Assembly (NCBI GenBank): GCA_963666215.2
Contig: CAXWPL010000003.1
Coordinates: forward strand, 32,001 to 96,000
Reading direction: 5' to 3'
Length of the DNA: 64,000 bases
From: Acidobacteriota bacterium
GTDB lineage: Bacteria > Acidobacteriota > UBA890 > WLXD01
A program made the translations under genes and the position numbers. The notes under the pieces were generated by a model that made no database searches, was not told the origin of the DNA, and saw only the letters and a program-made list of their open reading frames with translations. Positions within the stretch are counted from its first letter, which is position 1; each line of letters starts with the position of its first letter. Positions 1-7,270 of the stretch are shown here, one piece after another.

Positions 1-321
1 CTTCATGCTCAGAATGATGGTGCGCTTGCTGATGCGATCGGCAATGGCGCCGGCAGGCAGCGAGAACAGCATCAGCGGCAACGTCAGCGCCACCGTCACC
101 AGCGTCGTCTGGGCTTGTGCAGCCGCCTCCGCGTCGGTGCCCAGGGCGCCCGTGGCCATCACACGGTCGACTGCCAAGAACGTCAACATGACGCGCCAGG
201 CGTTGTCGTTGAAGGCACCGAAAAATTGTGCGGTCAGCAGTCCACGAAGCTTGGAGAGCCCTGCGAGGTGCCCCGAGTCCGATCCCGTCGGCGCGACGCT
301 TGCACCGCGACCGTCAGGCAT
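1..321 (-). CDS. MFS transporter, LplT/Aas-type N-terminus (3' partial, runs off the window)
   Basis: Not in the ORF track. Hand translation from ATG 321 gives ...RGLLTAQFFGAFNDNAWRVML...TLPLMLFSLPAGAIADRISKRTIILSMK, carrying the QFxGAFNDN motif of LplT/Aas MFS domains and MFS motif A (GxxADRxxKR). Confidence 0.8.
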   Translation of the reverse strand, partial: MPDGRGASVAPTGSDSGHLAGLSKLRGLLTAQFFGAFNDNAWRVMLTFLAVDRVMATGALGTDAEAAAQAQTTLVTVALTLPLMLFSLPAGAIADRISKRTIILSMK

Positions 322-568
322 GGAAACGGCCCACCGCTTTGTCGTTGTCGCTGGCCCTGCATTCAGGTCGATCGCGGTCGCTCACGGGACCCAACCCTAG
401 CAGGCCGGAAGCGCCCGCGGGACTTGTCCGTCACGCCGCCGGGGAGGGTCGATCACCTCTCGGACGCCGGTGAGAACTCGACCTCGCAGCCCGTGGACGA
501 CCTCTCCGTTTCCGCCAACAAGGTCGAGCACCAGCATGCTTGCTCCTGCTCGAGCAACCGAGAGAAAT

Positions 569-2872
569 CTATCGAGCGCGCTCGAGGGCGTCGCGAATGA
601 GCTCGATGGGGTGTCGAGGCTTGCGACCTCCCAAGTCGGCGAGCTGATTCCTGCACGATGTCCCGCACGCCAGAAGCTCAGAGATGCCTTCTGGCCGCAC
701 GGTCTCGATGGTGCGGACCTCCCTGATGAGGCGCTCACCCAGCTCCTTGCTGGCGGCGTACGTTTGCGCTTTGTAGCCAAACGATCCGGCCATGCCGCAG
801 CATTCCGCGCGCGTCGCCTCGACGTTCACGCCCGGGAGCGCGGCAACCACCCGCAACGCGGCCGGAAACCAGCCGGCCGACTTCTGCTGACAGTGGCCAT
901 GCAGAACGATGGTTTGCGGCTCCACCTCGTCGCCGCCAGCGGCGGCGCCCGCCGCACTCTCGAGAGCTCCACCGAGCGACGAGAGATTGTCGGCGTCGGC
1001 AAGAAAGTCCAGCACCTCGCGCGCCGCGCAAAGACCAGCCTTCGCACCTTCTTCAGGCTCGAGTAGCCGTTGGTGATCCTTCGCCACGCAGCTCATGCAG
1101 GAGGGCTCGAGACCGACGACGGGTGCTCCTGCCGCCGCCAACGGCCCAATCATCTTCTGTAGGTGTCTGGCTTGGTGGCGTGCCGTCTCCAGGTCACCCT
1201 GCGACAACGCGGCGCGACCGCAGCAGACATCAGAGACGATCGTCACCACGTAGCCGAGGTGTCCGAGAACCTCTACGGCAGCGACCCCAGCGTCGGCCTC
1301 GACATGATCCGTGTGGCAATCGGCCAGGAACACGACGCTGCGCGCAACCGCGGCGCCCGCGCCGTTGGAGGGCTCCGCCCCCTCGGCCGCCGCCCGGGTC
1401 CTGTTCACCGCCTCGCGGACGGCCTTTGCCGCCCCGCGCACGGCGGGTAGATCGGTAAGCACGGGTTTCCCATCGCCGACCAGGCGCGCGCTCAGGCTCG
1501 GGCCCGCGGGTAGAGGCAGCGGTCGGCGCCGATCGAGTCCAGTGGCCTTCTCCAGAAGCCAGCGCAACGGCATCATCCGTGAGGCGCCTCGGGCCAGCGA
1601 GCCCCAGCGCCGACTGAGCTTGTAGAGCCGCAGCGGATCCGCGAGCAGCTTGCCGGCACGGCCGAATCCGCCCTCTTGATGCGCGATGCGCTGCCGCAGC
1701 ACAGAGTTCATCCAGGGGATGTCGATGCGGATCGGGCAGACATCCTTGCAGCGGGCGCAGGTGGTGCACAGCTCATTGAACTGTGCCGCCGTGTCGAGAC
1801 CACGGACTCCCGCCTCCCAGGCAACACCGATGCCGGATTGATAGGTCGGGCCACCGAATACGTGACCGCCAACAGCCTGGTACGGCGCGCAAACGTTCTG
1901 GCAGGCGCCGCAGCGCACGCAGTAGAGAGCTTCGCGCAGCGTCGGGTCGTCGCGCATCTCGCTACGACCGTTGTCCAGGAGAACAACGTGGAACTGACGC
2001 CGGCCTTGGCCGGCAGCAAAGGGCGAGCGCTTCCAGCCAGGCGCGGAAATGAACGACAGGTACGACGTCAGAAGCTGCCCCGTGCCGCTGCGGGGCAGCA
2101 GCTCGAGGAAGGGCTCCAGGTCGGCGATCGTCGGAATGATCTTCTCGATGCCGGCAATCACGCCATGGATGCGCGGCACCTGCGAGCTCAACCTGCCGTT
2201 ACCCTCGTTTTCAACGAGGATCGCGGTGCCAGTGTCGGCGATCAGGAAGTTGGCGCCGGTGATCCCCATGTCGGCCGCCAGGAAATCCGTCCGCAGATTG
2301 ACGCGCGCCAGCTGCGTGAGCTGCTCTGGCTTCTCGGGCACTTCCGACATCGGGATGTCGCAGCCGCGACTGAACGCGTCGCGCACGTCCTGGACACTCT
2401 TGTGGATGATCGGCGCGATGATGTGCGACGGGCGGTCGTTGGCGAGCTGCACGATGTACTCGCCGAGGTCGGTCTCGCGAACCGCGATACCCGCCGCCTG
2501 GAGAGCTGCGTTCAGATGAACCTCCTCAGAGGTCATCGATTTGCCCTTGACGACCGAGCGCACGCCTTCGTCCTCGGCGATCTTCAGAAAGACTCGGCGC
2601 GCTTCCGCTGCATCCGCCGCGTGGTGCAACACTCCACCCGCTCTCACGACGGACGCCTGGAGTTGCTCGATCAGCTCGGGCAGGCGTTCTATGGCTTCTT
2701 CTTTGATCCGCCGGGCCGCATCACGAGCCGCCTCGTAGCCGGGAAACCGCTCCATGGTCTGCCTACGGAGCCCGGCAATCAGACTGGTGGCCTTCGGCAC
2801 CGTCTCCTGCAACACCGGGTTGGCCAGGGCGGCGGCGATCTCGCCGTGCAGGTCGCGCTTTTCGACCGTCAT
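569..2872 (-). CDS. lutB: LUD-domain lactate utilization protein: LutB/LldF Fe-S subunit fused to a C-terminal CCG-domain (LutA/GlcF-like) module
   Basis: KGKSMTSEE, ETDLGEYIVQL, PSHIIAP, ENEGN, CVRCGACQNVC and CTTCARCKDVCP (LutB), then CCG, EPSC, HGHCQQ, CCGMAGSFG and GTSCRNQL. Start placed at ATG 2872, overlapping the lutC stop (TGATG). Confidence 0.85.
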   Translation of the reverse strand: MTVEKRDLHGEIAAALANPVLQETVPKATSLIAGLRRQTMERFPGYEAARDAARRIKEEAIERLPELIEQLQASVVRAGGVLHHAADAAEARRVFLKIAEDEGVRSVVKGKSMTSEEVHLNAALQAAGIAVRETDLGEYIVQLANDRPSHIIAPIIHKSVQDVRDAFSRGCDIPMSEVPEKPEQLTQLARVNLRTDFLAADMGITGANFLIADTGTAILVENEGNGRLSSQVPRIHGVIAGIEKIIPTIADLEPFLELLPRSGTGQLLTSYLSFISAPGWKRSPFAAGQGRRQFHVVLLDNGRSEMRDDPTLREALYCVRCGACQNVCAPYQAVGGHVFGGPTYQSGIGVAWEAGVRGLDTAAQFNELCTTCARCKDVCPIRIDIPWMNSVLRQRIAHQEGGFGRAGKLLADPLRLYKLSRRWGSLARGASRMMPLRWLLEKATGLDRRRPLPLPAGPSLSARLVGDGKPVLTDLPAVRGAAKAVREAVNRTRAAAEGAEPSNGAGAAVARSVVFLADCHTDHVEADAGVAAVEVLGHLGYVVTIVSDVCCGRAALSQGDLETARHQARHLQKMIGPLAAAGAPVVGLEPSCMSCVAKDHQRLLEPEEGAKAGLCAAREVLDFLADADNLSSLGGALESAAGAAAGGDEVEPQTIVLHGHCQQKSAGWFPAALRVVAALPGVNVEATRAECCGMAGSFGYKAQTYAASKELGERLIREVRTIETVRPEGISELLACGTSCRNQLADLGGRKPRHPIELIRDALERAR

Positions 2873-3477
2873 CAGGTGGTTCCCCAGCCGTTCGAGACCG
2901 GGATCGTGCTCGTGTCGACGATCAAAACCTCGAGCGAATTGGGGCCGTGCACACCCGTGACGAGCGTCTTGGCGATGTCGGCGGTGCGTGAGGGACCGGT
3001 AATCCACACCCAGTCGCGATCACCGGCGGCAAAAACCTCGCCGAACCTACCGTAGAGCGTGCTCAGGGTCGCGGCAATATCGACCGCTCGCAGCACCACA
3101 ACGTGCACCCAAGGAAGCGCCGACGCCAGCGTCCAGCCCCCCGGAACGCCGCCGACAAGAACTGTCCCCGAGTCGGCGATGGCGGCGCGCGCGTCGGTCA
3201 CTCCCACTCGAAGGTCAGCCGCTTCGCGGCCAGCCTCCTCCACCGACGTCAGCCGAATGCCGCGCGCGCGCAAGGCGAGCGGCAGGCCGAGTGCATCGCC
3301 GACCTCTCCGCGCTCATACAGAAGCACGCGAGGCGCTTCGTGGGCGCGCAGAATCGCCTCGATGGCGCCGGCAGCTTCGACCGCGGACGTCACCCGTGTG
3401 GCGTTACCACCGAGCTCCGTCATCACCGCCGAGAACCGGCGGATGCGCTCTTTGAGTACGTCGCGATCGTCGGGCAT
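2872..3477 (-). CDS. lutC: LutC/YkgG family (LUD domain) protein
   Basis: AIADSGTV...SALPWVHVV...WITGPSRTADIAKTLVTGVHGP signature; translationally coupled to lutB. Confidence 0.85.
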   Translation of the reverse strand: MPDDRDVLKERIRRFSAVMTELGGNATRVTSAVEAAGAIEAILRAHEAPRVLLYERGEVGDALGLPLALRARGIRLTSVEEAGREAADLRVGVTDARAAIADSGTVLVGGVPGGWTLASALPWVHVVVLRAVDIAATLSTLYGRFGEVFAAGDRDWVWITGPSRTADIAKTLVTGVHGPNSLEVLIVDTSTIPVSNGWGTT

Positions 3478-3947
3478 GGACCCTACGATCGTCGGTCGTA
3501 TTCCGCAGGTCAAACAGCTAGGCGATGGCAGCTCGCGCCGCTGCCAGGCGGACCCGACGCGCCTACTTCGCTTCGAACGTCGCCGTCATGTCGACGCCGG
3601 CACCGACGATGTGGATTGTCTGATCAGGCGTGCACACGGGAACCGTGTTGCCCTTCTTGCTTTTCATCCGCATATTGATCTGACCGCCACCGTTGGCCTG
3701 CACGCCGAGCAACTGGGTGCCGCACACCGTGATGTCGACCACATCGTTGGGCACGAGGTTCTGAATGCCGATGTTCAACTTCCCGCGGTCCTTGTCGGCG
3801 CGGTACTTCCAGTTTGCCTTGCCCTTGGCGACGACGCCGCCGTCCTCTTCAGTCATGTCTGCGTTCTTGTAGCGAGCGCGTGTGCGCTCCCACTTGCTGG
3901 CGTCTGCAGGGATCGATCCGAGTGCCACGATCACGATCCCTCTTAGT

Positions 3948-3972
3948 TGTGAGTTCTAGGTAGGTTGTTCAC
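3948..3972. repeat. IS481 terminal inverted repeat (left on + strand)
   Basis: TGTGAGTTCTAGGTAGGTTGTTCAC versus the reverse complement of 4966-4990, TGTGTTTTCTAAGTAGGTTGTTCAC (3 mismatches). Confidence 0.9.
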
Positions 3973-4898
3973 GAACTCACCCCTGAGAGCCGAGCGATCG
4001 GCGGTGTCATGCCGATGCCGGCGTGGGGACGGTGACGATTGTAGTGGTTGAGCCAGGGCCGTAGAGCTCGAGTACGTCGAGCTGAGGTCTGGTAGCAGGT
4101 GCCGTAGGCCCACTGCTCCTTGAGTGTGCGGATGAAGCGTTCGGCTTTGCCGTTGGTTCTGGGGGTGTAGGGCCGGGTGTAAATGTGCCGGATCTCGAGT
4201 TGATGGCATAGGCGATTGAAGCGCTTCGAGACGTAGCCAGGCCCGTTGTCTGTCATCACTCGGCGCACCGCTACTCCCATCGAAGCGAAGTGCTCGACGG
4301 CTCGCTGCAGGAACGCTGTGCAGGTGTGTTGGTCTTCGGCGGGCAGCACTTCGACGTACGCCACCCGAGAGTGATCGTCGATAGCGACGTGGGCGTTCTC
4401 CCAGCCGACGCCGTAGGCCCGCTTGGAGCGGTCGCCGTGGATGCGGTGTCCAGGTCGCCGGATACGGGCCAGTTTCTTCGTATCCAGGTGCAGTAGGTCA
4501 CCGGGGTGCTCGTACTCGTAGCGAACGATCTCGGGCTTGGGCTCGAGCGCATCAAGCTTGGCGAGTCCGAGCCGCTTCAGCCACGCCGAGACGGTCGAGC
4601 GCGGCACAGCCAACCTTCGGCTGATCTGCCAGGCCGTCAGTCGCCGCCGACGTAGCTTGTCGATCTGCCTCACAACTCCAGCGCTTGTTGCGTGCGGACA
4701 GCACGTCGGCCGGCTTGATCGATCGAGCAGCCCGGCCTCACCTTCTCGCTCGTATCTATCCAGCCACTTGTAAACCGTTCGAGCCGACACGCCGAGCGCC
4801 GCCGCCGTTTCCGTCACGGGCTCCGCCCGCTCCCGGACTCGGCGGACCATCTCTCGGCGTATATACGGCGTCGTGCGGGCGTTACCATGCAGCTGCAT
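3969..4898 (-). CDS. IS481-family transposase
   Basis: MQLHGNARTT start, HTH, HLDTKKL, IDDHSR, MTDNG, RPYTPRTNGKAERFIRTL, YNRHRPH (rve integrase core). Confidence 0.95.
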   Translation of the reverse strand: MQLHGNARTTPYIRREMVRRVRERAEPVTETAAALGVSARTVYKWLDRYEREGEAGLLDRSSRPTCCPHATSAGVVRQIDKLRRRRLTAWQISRRLAVPRSTVSAWLKRLGLAKLDALEPKPEIVRYEYEHPGDLLHLDTKKLARIRRPGHRIHGDRSKRAYGVGWENAHVAIDDHSRVAYVEVLPAEDQHTCTAFLQRAVEHFASMGVAVRRVMTDNGPGYVSKRFNRLCHQLEIRHIYTRPYTPRTNGKAERFIRTLKEQWAYGTCYQTSARRTRALRPWLNHYNRHRPHAGIGMTPPIARLSGVSS

Positions 4899-4965
4899 CG
4901 GGCGCTCCTTCTGAGGTCGTGGAGTCTTTTGAACAACCCCATTGATCTCAGAAGTGAGCCCCGAT

Positions 4966-4990
4966 GTGAACAACCTACTTAGAAAACACA
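4966..4990. repeat. IS481 terminal inverted repeat (right on + strand)
   Basis: GTGAACAACCTACTTAGAAAACACA pairs with 3948-3972. Confidence 0.9.
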
Positions 4991-5134
4991 ACTAGGGCTG
5001 TCATCAGAACGGTTTGCTTGCGCATGGATCCGCTTCGCCTCCTGGGGTTCTCGAGGGCCCACGCCCTCGTGGCGGTCGCGCGACAGTCCCGGCATCACTA
5101 CGCGCTCACATCTGGCTGCAGGCTAGCAATGCAC

Positions 5135-5152
5135 GACTACATAGTCAACTAT
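5135..5152. promoter_or_regulatory. Putative transcription-factor site in an AT-rich divergent promoter region
   Basis: Overlapping dyads GACTA-CA-TAGTC (5135-5146) and ATAGT-CA-ACTAT (5141-5152) in an AT-rich patch (about 5130-5240). Confidence 0.35.
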
Positions 5153-5428
5153 CTCAAAGCTTATTATCAGTCATTTATGGACAACTTAAGACATGTCAAC
5201 TCAGCTTTAGATGCAGTAGATCGTCGAAAGTCATCTTATCCGTTCACCGTGGGTGCCCGAATAGCTCACAGCATCGAGGCCCAATGCGGCGCCGTCCACG
5301 TTGCACCCACCCGGGCCGCCAGCTGCTAGTCTTGCGCCCGCGACAGACGGAAGCCCGCGCGTTTCGTGCGATTCCTCTTCGCTTCGCGAACACGCCTGTA
5401 AGAAACGAGCCGACAGCGATCATCACCG

Positions 5429-7204
5429 ATGCGCTACTCCTTCGTTATCGACCAGAGCCGCTGCATCGGCTGCCATGCCTGTTCGCTGGCGTGCAAATCG
5501 GAGCACGACGTGCCGCTTGGCTCGTATCGCACCTGGGTGAAGTACGTTGAGAAGGGCGCGTTCCCCGACGTGCGCCGCACCTTCAGCGTGCTGCGCTGCA
5601 ACCACTGCGAGCTGGCGCCGTGCGTTGAGATCTGCCCGGTTACGGCGTTGTATCGCCGCGACGACGGCATCGTCGACTTCGATCGCGACGTTTGCATTGG
5701 CTGCAAGGGCTGCATGCAAGCCTGTCCGTACGACGCGCTGTACATCCACCCGGAGCGAGGCACGGCGGAGAAGTGCAACTTCTGCTCGCACCGTATCGAG
5801 ATCGATCTCGAGCCTCCGTGTGCCACGGTTTGTCCGACGGAGGCGATCCTTGTGGGCGACATCGACGACGCGAGCTCCCGCGTCGCGCAGGTCATCGCCA
5901 CCCGCAAAGTCTCGGTGCGCAAACCCGAGAAGGGCACGATGCCGAAGGTCTTCTACGTCGATGGCGAGCCGCAAGCGCTGACCCCGGGAGCCTCGAGCCC
6001 GACGGGGGGATACCTCTGGGCCGACGGCCCCACCCGGGCAGCGAGCGACTGGTCGACGGGATCACGCGGCGCTCTCGCTGAGGTCGACAGCAACGGCTCA
6101 GTCGGCTTCGACGCCAGCAGGCAGCAGCCCGCCGAGACCACCTCCGATGTGCTGTTGGCGAGTCCGTTTGACGAGCCGAACGATCCCGCGGACTCCCCGC
6201 TAACAACTCCAGAAGGCTGGATCAACACCGACCTGCCACCGGCGGCGGCGCAGCAGCTCGCGGGAGCCGCGCGCGCATCGGAAGACCTCGAGTTCTTCAG
6301 CGGCGCCTGGGCCACTCTTACGCCGTCGCGAACAACGTACGACGTGGCGCATGAGACCCCCTGGGGCTGGAAGGTCTCGGCCTATCTGTGGACCAAGTCG
6401 ATCGCCGCCGGCGCCTTCCTCGTAGCGCTGCTGGCGCCGTATCTCGGTCTGCCGAGCTCGCCGACCCTCGACATTGGCGCCCCGCTCACGGGCCTGGTCT
6501 TTCTAGCCATCACAAGCGCGCTGCTCGTGGTTGACCTCAAACGCCCGGAGCGCTTCTGGATGATCCTCACGCGCCCCAACTGGAACTCCTGGATCGCCCG
6601 CGGCGCCTACATCATCACGGGCTTCGCGGTGCTGGCGACCCTCTGGTCGGCCGCGGCGTTGCTGAAGGTTGTGATCCCAGCAAGCGGCGCCACGGCGGAG
6701 CTGGCACTGGCCTTGCTTCGTTGGCCGCTGGCGGCGTTCGCCGTGGCCACAGCCGGCTATAGCGGCTACCTGTTCGCGCAGGCCAAGGGACGCGATTACT
6801 GGCAGAACTCCGCCACGCCTCTCCATCTCTCAGCTCAGGCGGCACTGGCTGGACTGGCGGCGGCGATGCCGCTGCTGACGATCGCCGGCGCGAGCGTTCG
6901 TCCGCTGCTGGGCTGGTTCGTGACGGCGATGGCGCTCCATCTGGTGCTCATTGGCTTCGGCGAGGCTACCGTCGCGCATGTCAGTCACGACGGCCGTCTC
7001 GCGGTCAAGGCGCTCCTCAAGGGCCGCCTGCGCGGCTGGTTCTGGTGGTCGATCGCGTTCGTCCTGGCAGCCGTCGGGGTAGCAGTGGCGACCGAATTGG
7101 GCAGCGGCCCCGCCGCCCTGGCCAGCGGTCTACTGGCGCTGACGGGGTTGGCGCTCTACGAACATGCCTGGGTGCAGGCCGGCCAATGCGTTCCGCTGTC
7201 GTGA
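5429..7204 (+). CDS. Fused 4Fe-4S electron-transfer subunit (NrfC/DmsB/PsrB-type) and NrfD/PsrC-type membrane anchor
   Basis: CIGCHACSLAC, CNHCELAPCVEICP, CIGCKGCMQACPY, KCNFC..PPCATVCP; then PWGWKVSAYLWTKSIAAG, DLKRPERF, SWIARGA and multiple TM helices. Confidence 0.92.
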   Translation: MRYSFVIDQSRCIGCHACSLACKSEHDVPLGSYRTWVKYVEKGAFPDVRRTFSVLRCNHCELAPCVEICPVTALYRRDDGIVDFDRDVCIGCKGCMQACPYDALYIHPERGTAEKCNFCSHRIEIDLEPPCATVCPTEAILVGDIDDASSRVAQVIATRKVSVRKPEKGTMPKVFYVDGEPQALTPGASSPTGGYLWADGPTRAASDWSTGSRGALAEVDSNGSVGFDASRQQPAETTSDVLLASPFDEPNDPADSPLTTPEGWINTDLPPAAAQQLAGAARASEDLEFFSGAWATLTPSRTTYDVAHETPWGWKVSAYLWTKSIAAGAFLVALLAPYLGLPSSPTLDIGAPLTGLVFLAITSALLVVDLKRPERFWMILTRPNWNSWIARGAYIITGFAVLATLWSAAALLKVVIPASGATAELALALLRWPLAAFAVATAGYSGYLFAQAKGRDYWQNSATPLHLSAQAALAGLAAAMPLLTIAGASVRPLLGWFVTAMALHLVLIGFGEATVAHVSHDGRLAVKALLKGRLRGWFWWSIAFVLAAVGVAVATELGSGPAALASGLLALTGLALYEHAWVQAGQCVPLS

Positions 7205-7270
7205 CCGGAAACCTCGGCGCTGCGGCCTGGTTCCGTTTGCAAGGGTCCGCGAGCTCATGAGGCGACGGCA

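Larger units (their letters stand above)
3947..4992 (-). mobile_element. IS481-family insertion sequence (about 1.05 kb)
   Basis: TGT...ACA ends with 22/25 terminal inverted repeats, flanking TTAG/CTAG sites sharing TAG, and a single DDE transposase ORF. Confidence 0.93.
3563..5025 (-). pseudogene. Small secreted hypothetical protein interrupted by IS481 within its signal peptide
   Basis: AGGAGG RBS and ATG 5025 give MRKQTVLMTAL up to 4993; the frame resumes at 3943 as RGIVIVALGSIPADA-SKWER...FEAK*. Removing the IS and one TAG copy restores one ORF with an AxA cleavage site. Confidence 0.8.
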
